This document shows, one piece after another, positions 30,800 to 40,731 of a stretch of DNA of 64,000 nt. The DNA comes from an uncultured Pelagibacteraceae bacterium (GTDB lineage: Bacteria > Pseudomonadota > Alphaproteobacteria > Pelagibacterales > Pelagibacteraceae). Every line of letters starts with the position of its first letter. The stretch's first letter is position 1. The notes beneath the pieces were generated by a model. The model was not told the DNA's origin and did not search any database. It saw nothing but the letters and a program-made list of their open reading frames with translations. The translations under genes and the position numbers were made by a program. The stretch lies in NCBI GenBank assembly GCA_902599485.1, contig CACKFP010000003.1:1726-65725 (forward strand), in the 5' to 3' direction.

Positions 30800-31744
30800 T
30801 TATTTAAGGAAAGCTTTCCAAGTTGACTCGTTATCAGCTAACCATTTTTTAGCTGCATCTTCGTGAGTCATTTTGTCAACGTCTACTAAAGCTGCCATTG
30901 CACCAATTTGACTTGTTGAGAATGACAATTTTTTGAACGCTGCTGCTGCATCTGGATGAGTTTTTGGAAAATCTTCGTGTACTGCTTTTTTCAAATAACC
31001 ATCCGGAGAACCACATTTTCCGTCACCACCATCTGCTGGTCTGCAACCAGCTGTGTATGGAGGGAAGTCGATAAATGTAAAACCAGCACCATCAGTAAAG
31101 TTTGGTGTCCAGTTGAAAATTATAGTTCCTCTTCCTTCTTTTTCAGCAGCTGCTAATTCTGCCCAAAGTGCATCAGCACCTCCAGCAAACTTAACCCACC
31201 ATAAATCACCTAAGCCTAGTGCATCAATTCTTTGAGGGATTAAGTCACCATGCCAAGTTTGTGGACCTTCCAACATTCTTCCTTTTCCATCTGGAGAGTC
31301 AGGTGTTGTAAAGTTTTTTGCACAGTCTGGATTTTTTAGAGCTGTCCAATCTGGTAGACCTGGACATAGACCTTTTTCAACAACCCAGTTTGGATATCCC
31401 ATATCCTCAAGAGTTCTTGCTTCATGATCACCCCAGTCTAACAAACCACCTTTGTCTAAAGCTGTTGTAAATGACTTGCCGAAAGCAGATTCCCATACTT
31501 CATGAGATATAGTTACATCACCAATTCTAATTGACTCGTAAACCGCTTGAGAGTCAGCATTTACATATTTAACATTGTTACCCATGCTTTCAAAGATTCC
31601 ACCAATAACATAGGCCATAACAATTTGACTTGACCAGTTATGAGTTGGGATCACTATGGGTTTTTTACTGTCAGCGTTAGATATTCCTGCAAAGCTTACT
31701 ACAGTAATTACTATAGCTGAGAGTAAAGATAGTATTTTCTTCAT
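30800..31744 (-). CDS. tmoX: TMAO ABC transporter substrate-binding protein (OpuAC/ProX family)
   Basis: Signal peptide; HNWSSQIVM, HEVWE and FNWTPNF motifs as recalled for TmoX; divergent from tdm; strong SD (GAGGAG). Confidence 0.8.
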   Translation of the reverse strand: MKKILSLLSAIVITVVSFAGISNADSKKPIVIPTHNWSSQIVMAYVIGGIFESMGNNVKYVNADSQAVYESIRIGDVTISHEVWESAFGKSFTTALDKGGLLDWGDHEARTLEDMGYPNWVVEKGLCPGLPDWTALKNPDCAKNFTTPDSPDGKGRMLEGPQTWHGDLIPQRIDALGLGDLWWVKFAGGADALWAELAAAEKEGRGTIIFNWTPNFTDGAGFTFIDFPPYTAGCRPADGGDGKCGSPDGYLKKAVHEDFPKTHPDAAAAFKKLSFSTSQIGAMAALVDVDKMTHEDAAKKWLADNESTWKAFLK

Positions 31745-31839
31745 TTATTTCTCCTCTCTTAATATATTAAGTAAGTAAGTATCCTTAAATTTAATCTCAC
31801 AGTCAACAAAAGTTGGTACTAAAATTTATATATACAATT

Positions 31840-31853
31840 AATCAGTACTGATT
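31840..31853. promoter_or_regulatory. Perfect 14-bp palindrome, candidate operator in the tmoX/tdm divergent promoter
   Basis: AATCAGTACTGATT; a related AATCA-T-TGATT lies at 31871-31881. Confidence 0.4.
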
Positions 31854-31885
31854 TATTCTTAAACATAAGTAATCATTGATTTAAA

Positions 31886-34225
31886 ATGTTAGAAGAAAAT
31901 TTAAGAATAAATGAACCTGGTTTAAATGTTTTGCCACCTGGAGTTGAAAGATACGTAGTTAATGGCGGTGGATTAACAGGAGTTCAGGTTTTTCCAGATG
32001 ATGAAATTGAAATTATTAATAACGAAGGAAATCAAATTTGCGAAATAGTTGTTTTTAATTCCGATGGAAATTCGGATCCATCAATTTTAAATTTAAAATC
32101 ATCTAAATCAGAAAATGATATAATTAATATTTTAAATAGAAATGAAGAAAGTTCGAAAATTGCTTTGCGCCAATTAGAAAAAAGAAATCTTAAAATTGCA
32201 AAATCTAAATCTTCAATCCTTTTTGATAAAGACACTCCACCAGGAGAAAAAATTAAAATAAGTTCAAAAGATAAATGTTATTGCATTTTTTCTGCACCTG
32301 GTAATGATATGTTGGTTCATGAACAAAATCCTCCTACAGAATTAACTTTATTTATTAAAAGAAATAATATTGTTGACTATAAAGAACATAGAATAATTCC
32401 AGATCCAATTTTTGATCCTCTAGACGAAAAAAATATTGCAAAACAATCAGCAATTTCTTTTGAAGTTAAAGAAGGAGATTATATTCAAATAATTTGTCCA
32501 ACTGGTAGACAATGTTCAGATTTTGTTGCTTTTGATACAGCTAAATTAGGTAAAGGTATTGAAAAAGGTTTAGATTGGCAAACAACCAGGACCTTTATGG
32601 GAAATACATTTCCAGGACCAGGATTGTATTCAAAATTTTATGATACAGACCATGAGCCTTTAGTAGAAGTAATAAGAGATACTGTTGGTAGACATGACAC
32701 TTTTAATCTTGCTTGTACATCGAAGTATTACGAAGATGCTGGTTATTTTGGGCATCCAAATTGCTCAGATAACTTAAGTGGTGCTATGGAAAATTTTGGG
32801 GTTAATAGACAAAAGGGATGGCACGCTATAAATTTATTTTTTAATACTTCAGCGGGAGGCTTAAATACCGTACTTTCTGATGAGTCATTTGCTAGACCTG
32901 GAGATTATGTAATATTAAGAGCTTTAAAAGATTTAACCTGCGGAACATCAGCCTGTCCTAGTGATATAGATCCATGTAATTCATGGAACCCTACAGATAT
33001 TTTTGTTAGAACTTACGAAAAAAAAAGAGAATTTACAAAATCTTTTGCATTTAGAATGAAACCAGACTCAGAATTAAAACTAACAAAAAATACAGGATTT
33101 CATGAAAGAACTTCTAAGTTAACAAGAAACTTTGTTGATGCTAGAGGATATTGGCTGCCCAATGATTACACTAAACACGGAGTAATAAATGAATATACGG
33201 CGTGTAGAGAAAAAGCAGTTTTAATTGATTTATCTTCTTTAAGAAAATTTGAAATATTAGGTCCGGATGCAGAAGAATTAATGGACTATACTTTAACTAG
33301 AAATGTTAAAAAATTGTCAGTTGGACAAATTGTTTATTCTTCGATGTGTTATGAAAATGGTTCTATGTTTGATGATGGAACATTGTTAAAAATGAGTGAT
33401 CATGGATTTAGATGGGTATGTGGTGATGAATACGCAGGTGAATGGTTAAAAGAACAAGCAAAAAAGAAAAAATTTAATGTTTTAGTTAAAAACTCTACTG
33501 ATCAAATAAATAATATTTCTCTACAAGGACCAAACAGTAGAAAAATTTTAGAAAAGTTTATTTTTACTCCACCAACACAACCTTCTATTTCAGAATTACA
33601 ATGGTTTAGGTTTACAATCTGTAGAGTAAAAGAACTTAGTGGAATTCCATTAATGGTTTCTAGAACTGGATACACAGGCGAGTTAGGATACGAAATATGG
33701 TGTCACCCTTCAGATGCACCAGCGGTTTGGGATGTGCTTATGGAAGCTGGCAAAGATGAAGGAATAATACCTGCTGGTTTTGGAGCATTAGATTTATTAA
33801 GAATTGAAGCTGGACTAATATTATTTGGTAATGAATTTGATGGCCAAGTTGACCCTTTTGAAGCTGGTGTTGGATTTACAGTTCCTTTAAAAACAAAAAC
33901 AGCAGATTTCATTGGTAAAGAAGCATTAATAAAGAGAAAAGAAAATCCGCAAAAGAAATTAGTTGGATTAGAACTTGTAGGCAAAGAAAAAGCTAATCAC
34001 GGTGATTGCGTTCACATTGGAAGATCCCAAGTTGGCGTAGTTACAAGCGGATGTCTATCTCCTACTTTGAATAAAAATATTGCTTTGTGCAGAATTGATG
34101 TAGGTTATTCAGAAATAGGTATGAACGTTGAAGTCGGTAAAATTGATGGACATCAAAAAAGAATACCTGCTAAAATTGTTGGTTTCCCGCATTACGATCC
34201 TCAAAAAACACGTGTAAAATCTTAA
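31886..34225 (+). CDS. tdm: TMAO demethylase (DUF1989 + GcvT aminomethyltransferase fusion)
   Basis: G.QCSDF, GRHDTF.LAC, H.NCSDN and SACP.D metal motifs plus C-terminal GcvT (SRTGYTGELGYE, RIEAG). Confidence 0.9.
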   Translation: MLEENLRINEPGLNVLPPGVERYVVNGGGLTGVQVFPDDEIEIINNEGNQICEIVVFNSDGNSDPSILNLKSSKSENDIINILNRNEESSKIALRQLEKRNLKIAKSKSSILFDKDTPPGEKIKISSKDKCYCIFSAPGNDMLVHEQNPPTELTLFIKRNNIVDYKEHRIIPDPIFDPLDEKNIAKQSAISFEVKEGDYIQIICPTGRQCSDFVAFDTAKLGKGIEKGLDWQTTRTFMGNTFPGPGLYSKFYDTDHEPLVEVIRDTVGRHDTFNLACTSKYYEDAGYFGHPNCSDNLSGAMENFGVNRQKGWHAINLFFNTSAGGLNTVLSDESFARPGDYVILRALKDLTCGTSACPSDIDPCNSWNPTDIFVRTYEKKREFTKSFAFRMKPDSELKLTKNTGFHERTSKLTRNFVDARGYWLPNDYTKHGVINEYTACREKAVLIDLSSLRKFEILGPDAEELMDYTLTRNVKKLSVGQIVYSSMCYENGSMFDDGTLLKMSDHGFRWVCGDEYAGEWLKEQAKKKKFNVLVKNSTDQINNISLQGPNSRKILEKFIFTPPTQPSISELQWFRFTICRVKELSGIPLMVSRTGYTGELGYEIWCHPSDAPAVWDVLMEAGKDEGIIPAGFGALDLLRIEAGLILFGNEFDGQVDPFEAGVGFTVPLKTKTADFIGKEALIKRKENPQKKLVGLELVGKEKANHGDCVHIGRSQVGVVTSGCLSPTLNKNIALCRIDVGYSEIGMNVEVGKIDGHQKRIPAKIVGFPHYDPQKTRVKS

Positions 34226-34575
34226 TGTCAAAATCATCAAAGGATTTACTGGAATTTTGGGAAGATCAAATGAAACTGTCCCATACATCCAGTAATTACT
34301 TTTTCAGAAAGTCTCCTTCACATTATCACATGATGTTGATTGTGATGAATTCCTATAAATTAAATGAAAACTTATCTGTCGAAGAACTTAAGACTAGACT
34401 TTTCAAAACCTCTAGACCCAAATCTGCGCTCATGATCAAAGAAGCTTGTGATAAAGAATTTTTTTACCTCGAGAAAACCGGAAATGACCATAGAAAAAAG
34501 TACGTTTTACCCACACAGAATTTTGTTAATGAATTTAACGAATATTTGAAAACTCTCAAAAATTTGAGTTTTTAA
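34225..34575 (+). CDS. MarR-like winged-helix protein
   Basis: LSVEEL......SR helix-turn-helix and 'NDHRKKYV.PT' wing; TAATG overlap with tdm. Confidence 0.65.
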   Translation: MSKSSKDLLEFWEDQMKLSHTSSNYFFRKSPSHYHMMLIVMNSYKLNENLSVEELKTRLFKTSRPKSALMIKEACDKEFFYLEKTGNDHRKKYVLPTQNFVNEFNEYLKTLKNLSF

Positions 34576-34664
34576 TTAAAAATCTAATAAATATTTAGAA
34601 TTTATATAAATTATATATAAAAATTATTATATTCTTTCCTTTGCTAAAAAATTAAAGTTCGTTC

Positions 34665-35993
34665 ATGTCGTTACCGACAAAAGCAAAAGTTGTAATAATT
34701 GGTGGAGGAATTCACGGGTTAAGTACTGCTTGGAAACTTTCCGAAAAATATAAAAATCCAAACGATGTAGTTGTCCTAGAAAAAAAAGACACTGCTGCAG
34801 GTGCAAGTGGAATTGCATGTGGAGTTGTTAGAAATAATTATTTTCAACCAGCAATGAGAGAATTAATGGCTCATTCAGTTAGTGTTTGGGAAAGTGATCC
34901 AGAAGCATTTAAATATAATGCTGTTGGCTATATGCAAATTTCTCCGGAAGTAATGCATAAAGATGTTGCAAGTATTTATGAACAACAAAAAGCTATTGGA
35001 TATGAATCAGAATTTATAGAAGGTGAAAAAGATTGCATGAAATATATGCAAGGAATTTTTAGTGATTGGCAAGCAAAAGGTATTACTTCAGTTTTACATG
35101 AAAAAAAAGGTGGATATGCATTTAATAAGGACTCAATTAAAGCACTAGAGAAAAAAGCAAATTCAAACGGTGTAAACGTTCATAAAGGAGTAAAGGTTAC
35201 AGGTTTTAAAAGAGGGAGCAACAGCAATGCAATTACTGGCGTGGTTACAGATAAAGGTACAATTGATTGTGATCAGGTAGTTATTGGAGCAGGACCATGG
35301 GTAAGAGATTTTTGGAATATGTTGGAGTTACCAAAAACGACAAATATAAAAGATGCTAAAAATGGAAAAATGCATGAAGTTGAAATGTGGAAGTACTGGT
35401 TTTTACAAGAAGGTGTATTGGGTGTAGATGCAGATTATTTAAAAACTAATGAAGGTAAACCGCCTCCAGTAATTCATGTTGATACAGATGCACCACTTTA
35501 TTCTGACAAAGATGGTAAAATAATCACAGAAGACCTATGGGGTATTTATTATAAACCTGATATTGAAGGATTGGGAGTTCAAGGTGGAACATCACCTTAC
35601 ATTGTTCAAAAACATTTTGATGAAGTTAATGTTGACCCATATGGAATTGACTCTCCTGAATATCAAACTACTGATAAATTTTCTGATATGTGGACTTCAG
35701 CACTTGCACATATTCAGAAACGTTTTGTTGGTAAATCTCATTTGTATAGAAAGGGACCATCAGGAGGATTGGGTTGCTTAACTCCAGATTCATTCCCGAT
35801 ATTCGATAGATTTTTTGAAAATGTTTACATGATTGCAGATGCAAATCATGGTTATAAAATGATAGGTGTTGGACACCTAGTTGCACAAGAAATTTTAGGT
35901 CAAGAAAGTGAATTGCTAAAACCGTTCAGGTTCGATAGATATGAAAAAGGCAAACTTCATCCGACATCGAACAGTCCGTTTCCTTGGAGCTAA
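34665..35993 (+). CDS. FAD-dependent amine oxidoreductase (DAO/monomeric sarcosine oxidase family)
   Basis: IIGGGIHG, GASG...G.VR, GAGPW, TPD.FPI and HGYKM. Confidence 0.85.
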   Translation: MSLPTKAKVVIIGGGIHGLSTAWKLSEKYKNPNDVVVLEKKDTAAGASGIACGVVRNNYFQPAMRELMAHSVSVWESDPEAFKYNAVGYMQISPEVMHKDVASIYEQQKAIGYESEFIEGEKDCMKYMQGIFSDWQAKGITSVLHEKKGGYAFNKDSIKALEKKANSNGVNVHKGVKVTGFKRGSNSNAITGVVTDKGTIDCDQVVIGAGPWVRDFWNMLELPKTTNIKDAKNGKMHEVEMWKYWFLQEGVLGVDADYLKTNEGKPPPVIHVDTDAPLYSDKDGKIITEDLWGIYYKPDIEGLGVQGGTSPYIVQKHFDEVNVDPYGIDSPEYQTTDKFSDMWTSALAHIQKRFVGKSHLYRKGPSGGLGCLTPDSFPIFDRFFENVYMIADANHGYKMIGVGHLVAQEILGQESELLKPFRFDRYEKGKLHPTSNSPFPWS

Positions 35994-36060
35994 TTTATCT
36001 AAGTAGACAAACGTTTTTTTTTCAGTTACCTTTTTGATCTGAAAATTCAAAGGGGGAAGA

Positions 36061-37530
36061 ATGACGGATCTTGAAAAACACGTAAACCAACCAGGTAGAG
36101 CTAAACTCGTCAAAAAGGTTAGAGAAAAAATAAACGAATTAGGAATTACTTATATCTATTATCAATTTATTTCAGTAACTGGAAGAGTTGTTGGAAAAGG
36201 AATACCAGCAGACCACTGGGAAAGAACTGCAGAAAAAGGTTTTCAATTGGTTTATGGAGCAACAGCAAATTTATTTTTAGATCGTCATAATAATTATATT
36301 GGATATGGTCCAGAAGCTATGGAATTGGTAGGAATACCTGATCCAGAAACTTTTGTTCAATTGCCTTGGGATAAGAGAGTTGGAAGAGTTTTTGTTACAT
36401 GTTTTAGAAATAGAGAAGAAAGAAAAAATCCAGGTGGTCATTTAACAAGTGACTGCAGAGGTAATCTTAGAATTTTCATGAATGAGTTCAAAAAGAAACA
36501 TGGATTAGAATTAAGAGTTGGAACAGAGCCTGAAATGATGTGGTTAACAAAAAATCCTGACGGCACTCCAACTGGACAAGGTTTCTCAAAACCTTTCTGT
36601 TATCATATTGATCAATTTGAATCATTAAGACCTGTGTTTATGAAGGTTATTGAATATGCAAAAGCGATGGGTCTTGATATGATACAAGGTGACCATGAAG
36701 ATGCTCCTGGTCAATTAGAGCTTAACTGGACATTTGATAATGTTTTAAGAAATGCTGATAGATTATCTACGTATAGACAAATTTGTGCTCAAGTAGCAAG
36801 AGAACATAATCTTATAGCTTGCTTTATGACTAAACCATTTATGGGAGTTTCAGCAAGTGGATGTCACACCAACATGTCTTTGTGGAAAGGTGGAAAAGTA
36901 TCAGTAAACAAATTGGGTAACAAAAAACTTCCAGGTGTAGAAGAAGTCTTTAGCTATGTATCCGGTGGAACTAATACTTTCATGCCAGATACTAAGGATA
37001 TGCAATTACCTGGAAAGATTGGATTACAATCAATTGCAGGGATAATGAAACACTTGCCAGCTTTAACAGCAATTGGTTCTTCGACAGTGAACTCATATAG
37101 AAGATTATGGGATCAAGGTTTTTGGGCACCAGTATATGCTGACTGGGGTTATCAAAATAGAACATGTGGTTTAAGAGTATCTGCTCCAGGTAGATTCGAG
37201 TACAGATCAGTTGACTCTATGCATAATCCATATTTATTAGGTGCAGCATTACTTAAAGCTTGTGATGAAGGAATATCTAAAAAAATGAAACCAGCCAAAC
37301 CTGAGTCTAGAAATATATATGAAGCTCAAAAAGCTGGTAAAGATGTAAAAAAACTTCCACTAAGTTTAGGTGAAGCTTTAGATAGATTGGCGGAAGATGA
37401 GGTAATAAAATCATCAATGCCAGATGAAATGTATAAAGTATTTAATTGGTACAAACGAGATGAGTGGGAAAAATTCTTGGGTGCAACAACACAATGGGAT
37501 CTTGATACCTATCTGGATTGTTTACCATAA
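36061..37530 (+). CDS. Divergent glutamine-synthetase-family gamma-glutamylamide ligase
   Basis: G.EPE, HEDAPGQLE, FM.KP...SASGCH.N.S, NSYRRL, NRT..LR and R.EYR; lacks canonical FDGSS and has FWAP in place of the Glu-flap YEAP. Confidence 0.85.
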   Translation: MTDLEKHVNQPGRAKLVKKVREKINELGITYIYYQFISVTGRVVGKGIPADHWERTAEKGFQLVYGATANLFLDRHNNYIGYGPEAMELVGIPDPETFVQLPWDKRVGRVFVTCFRNREERKNPGGHLTSDCRGNLRIFMNEFKKKHGLELRVGTEPEMMWLTKNPDGTPTGQGFSKPFCYHIDQFESLRPVFMKVIEYAKAMGLDMIQGDHEDAPGQLELNWTFDNVLRNADRLSTYRQICAQVAREHNLIACFMTKPFMGVSASGCHTNMSLWKGGKVSVNKLGNKKLPGVEEVFSYVSGGTNTFMPDTKDMQLPGKIGLQSIAGIMKHLPALTAIGSSTVNSYRRLWDQGFWAPVYADWGYQNRTCGLRVSAPGRFEYRSVDSMHNPYLLGAALLKACDEGISKKMKPAKPESRNIYEAQKAGKDVKKLPLSLGEALDRLAEDEVIKSSMPDEMYKVFNWYKRDEWEKFLGATTQWDLDTYLDCLP

Positions 37531-37547
37531 TTTAATAAGGAAATTAT

Positions 37548-38489
37548 ATGTGCGGGATTGCAGGATTAATTCATAGAGGAAATACTTCAAACGTTGGTTT
37601 TGAACTTCAAGGTATGCTTCAAGCATTAAAGCATAGAGGAGAAGATTCAACTGGATACGCTCTATACGGAAAAACTGACGGTCAAAATTTCATCATGCGA
37701 TTTAAGGTTGGTGAAAATGTTGCAGAGGGAAGTTCTTCAGTAAAAGAAGATGTATCAGTTTATGACGAAAGAAAAAAAATTGTTGATTCTTATCTTTCTG
37801 AGCTAGGCGCTAAAGTGATAAAAGAAGATAGAATTCTTCCTTATTCATTAAGATATGAAATTCAGTATGAAAAAGATTTAATGGAATTTTCTCAAAAAAT
37901 AGAAAGTGTTGAAGGTGTAGAAATATTATCTATGGGAAAATCTCTAGAGGTAATTAAAGATCTAGGAAACGCTGAAGTTGTTTGTAACAGATATAATTTA
38001 GATAAAGTTGTCGGGACACATGCAATTGGTCATGCTAGGATGGCAACAGAGTCGGGAGTGGATATTAAATCTGCTCACCCATTTTGGGGTTATCCTTTTA
38101 GTGATGTGTCAGTCGTTCATAATGGACAATTAACAAACTATTGGAATAATAGAAGAGTATTGGAAAACAAGGGCATGAGATTTATGTCAGAATGTGACTC
38201 TGAATTAATCGCTGTATATCTTGCAGAAAAAATGAGAAATGGAGCTACATTAGAAGAGGGCATGAAAGAGTCTCTGGTCGGTTTAGATGGGGTATTTACT
38301 TATTTTGTTGCTACAAAAGATAGCTTGGGAATGGCGAAAGATACAATGGCTGCAAAACCACTAGTATTGTATGAGTCAGATGATTTAGTTGCAATGGGGT
38401 CAGAGGAAATTGCAATAAGATCAATATTACCACAAGAAATCGAAACTTATGATCCTTTTGATGGAGAAGTTAAAGTATGGCAAATTTAA
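37548..38489 (+). CDS. mgsA: N-methylglutamate synthase subunit A (Ntn amidotransferase, GlxB-like)
   Basis: MCGIAG, HRG.DSTG, GHARMATES, AHPF, HNG and DSE. Confidence 0.8.
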   Translation: MCGIAGLIHRGNTSNVGFELQGMLQALKHRGEDSTGYALYGKTDGQNFIMRFKVGENVAEGSSSVKEDVSVYDERKKIVDSYLSELGAKVIKEDRILPYSLRYEIQYEKDLMEFSQKIESVEGVEILSMGKSLEVIKDLGNAEVVCNRYNLDKVVGTHAIGHARMATESGVDIKSAHPFWGYPFSDVSVVHNGQLTNYWNNRRVLENKGMRFMSECDSELIAVYLAEKMRNGATLEEGMKESLVGLDGVFTYFVATKDSLGMAKDTMAAKPLVLYESDDLVAMGSEEIAIRSILPQEIETYDPFDGEVKVWQI

Positions 38490-39331
38490 AAGCATCAGAA
38501 AAAAAAAGTAAAGCTCAATCAATGGGACTTCATACAGAAGTCTTAACTGGAAAAACACAACAAAAATTTTTTAATCCAGATGAGGCAGAGAATTTTTATT
38601 ACTTTGGGACATATGATGTAGATTTTAATAAAAGAACTGAGATTGACGTTAAGAACATGGATTGTCGTGAAGCAAATAAAAAAATTGATGAATTGATGAA
38701 AGATGGATACGGAACTATTGTAATAAAGAACCCACAGGGAAAACATAGCTTGGGAGTTGGAATTCTCAATAAATTAAATTTAATATTTGAAGGTAGTTTG
38801 GGGTACTTTGGATGTGGATCAATGGATGGTCCAATTGTTAGAATTAATGGAAGAGTGGGATGGTCATGTGCAGAAAATATGATGGCAGGAAAAGTAGTAA
38901 TTGAAAAAAATGCAGGATCTTGTTTTGGTGCGGCAATTAGAGGTGGAGATCTGATATGCAAAGGAAGCGTAGGTGCCAGAACAGGAATTGATCAAAAAGG
39001 TGGAACAATAATTATTGGCGGAGATGCTGGTGCTTTTACTGGTTTCATGATGCAGAGAGGGCGAATTATTATTCTTGGAGATGTTGGAATAAATTTAGGA
39101 GATTCTATGTATGATGGGACAATTTTTGTAGGTGGAAAAATTGGATCATTTGGTAGTGATGCTGTCGAAGCTGAATTGACTGATTCAGATCAAGACTGGC
39201 TTAAAAGAAAATTAAAGGTTGCGGAGATCGGAGAAAACTTCGATGTTTCTAAGATGACCAAAGTTGTAGCAGGAAAAAAACTTTGGAATTACGATGCTCT
39301 TGAACCTACAGAAAAAAAAGGAGCAATTTAA
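38477..39331 (+). CDS. mgsB: N-methylglutamate synthase subunit B (GXGXG beta-helix, GlxC-like)
   Basis: NP.G.HS..VG, G..GW...ENMM.G and repeated GXGXG; overlaps the mgsA end. Confidence 0.8.
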   Translation: MANLKASEKKSKAQSMGLHTEVLTGKTQQKFFNPDEAENFYYFGTYDVDFNKRTEIDVKNMDCREANKKIDELMKDGYGTIVIKNPQGKHSLGVGILNKLNLIFEGSLGYFGCGSMDGPIVRINGRVGWSCAENMMAGKVVIEKNAGSCFGAAIRGGDLICKGSVGARTGIDQKGGTIIIGGDAGAFTGFMMQRGRIIILGDVGINLGDSMYDGTIFVGGKIGSFGSDAVEAELTDSDQDWLKRKLKVAEIGENFDVSKMTKVVAGKKLWNYDALEPTEKKGAI

Positions 39332-40723
39332 ATGGCAAAGAAAAAAAATGGTAATGGAAAGTCAAACGGACATTCTAATGGTAATGGAATAGCTTCAAGA
39401 AACAAAAGTTTATTGGGACACAACGCTATTTTTACTCCAGAAGTTATGGACGACATTCATATCAAAGCGGAATTAGGAAGATACAGAATGAGAGGAATGG
39501 CTTTGATGAAAAAGATACCTACTTTTGATGATCTAGTTTTCTTGCCAGGTACATTAACAAGATTTGTTATTGAAGGTTACAGAGAAAAATGTGAGACCAA
39601 AACTATTATTGGTCCAAGATGTGAAAATCCAATTGAACTTGATATTCCAGTTTACATTACGGGAATGAGTTTTGGAGCTTTATCTTATGAAGCAAAAACT
39701 GCATTAGCTAGAGGTGCTACAATGGCTGGTAGCGCAACATGTTCTGGTGAAGGTGGAATGATACCAGATGAGAGAAGATATTCAGAAAAATGGTTTTATC
39801 AGTGCATACAATCAAGATACGGTTTTAACCCACACCATGCACAACTAGCTGATGGAATTGAGGTATTTATTGGACAAGGACAAAAAGTTGGAATGGGTGG
39901 TCATTTGATGGGTCAAAAAGTTACTGACCAAGTTGCAGAAATGAGATCGCTACCTGCGGGTATTGATCAAAGATCTCCAGCAAGACATCCTGATTGGCTG
40001 GGTCCAGATGATTTAGCTTTAAAAGTTCAAGAGCTTAGAGAATTAACAAAAAACAAGGTACCAATTCAATTAAAACTTGGAGCAGCTAAAGTGTATGATG
40101 ATGTAAGGATGGCAGCAAAATGTGATCCAGATTCAATTTATCTTGATGGAATGGAAGGTTCAACAGGTGCTGGACCACACATTGCAGCTGCAAACACAGG
40201 TATCCCGGGAATTGCTGGAATTAGAGAAGCAAGAAGAGCTTTGGATGATGTAGGTAAAACTGGAAAGGTAACTTTAATTTATGCAGGTGGTGTTAGAGAT
40301 GGAGCAGATATGGCTAAAGCTTTAGCACTTGGTGCAGACGCAATTGCAATCGGAACAGGAGCAATGGTGGCATTAAATTGCAATAAAGAAATACCAGAAT
40401 CTAATTTTGAAAAAGAAATGGGTGTTCCCGCAGGTCATTGCTATCACTGTCATACCGGTAGATGTCCAGTAGGAGTTGCTACTCAAGATCCTAAATTAAG
40501 AAAAAGATTAAATCCTGATGATGCAGCATTAAGAGTTTACAATTACTTGCATGCGATGACATTGGAGGCTCAATTGTTGGCTAGAGCATGTGGAAAAACA
40601 AATATTCACTCGCTAGAACCAGAAGATATGGCTGCATTAACAATGGAGGCTTCTGCTTTAGCTAAAGTACCTCTTGCAGGAACAAATCATACAGTAGGAG
40701 TTAAAGATTTCCATAAAATCTAA
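39332..40723 (+). CDS. mgsC: N-methylglutamate synthase subunit C (FMN glutamate synthase domain, GlxD-like)
   Basis: GMSFGALS, GEGG, GQG.K.G.GG.L, SP.RH.D and C.HC.TG.CP.G.ATQDP Fe-S motif. Confidence 0.85.
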   Translation: MAKKKNGNGKSNGHSNGNGIASRNKSLLGHNAIFTPEVMDDIHIKAELGRYRMRGMALMKKIPTFDDLVFLPGTLTRFVIEGYREKCETKTIIGPRCENPIELDIPVYITGMSFGALSYEAKTALARGATMAGSATCSGEGGMIPDERRYSEKWFYQCIQSRYGFNPHHAQLADGIEVFIGQGQKVGMGGHLMGQKVTDQVAEMRSLPAGIDQRSPARHPDWLGPDDLALKVQELRELTKNKVPIQLKLGAAKVYDDVRMAAKCDPDSIYLDGMEGSTGAGPHIAAANTGIPGIAGIREARRALDDVGKTGKVTLIYAGGVRDGADMAKALALGADAIAIGTGAMVALNCNKEIPESNFEKEMGVPAGHCYHCHTGRCPVGVATQDPKLRKRLNPDDAALRVYNYLHAMTLEAQLLARACGKTNIHSLEPEDMAALTMEASALAKVPLAGTNHTVGVKDFHKI

Positions 40724-40731
40724 TAGCAAAT

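Noticed and set aside
31758-31771. Palindrome CTTAATATATTAAG upstream of tmoX
   Set aside because: Almost purely A/T and expected by chance at this composition.
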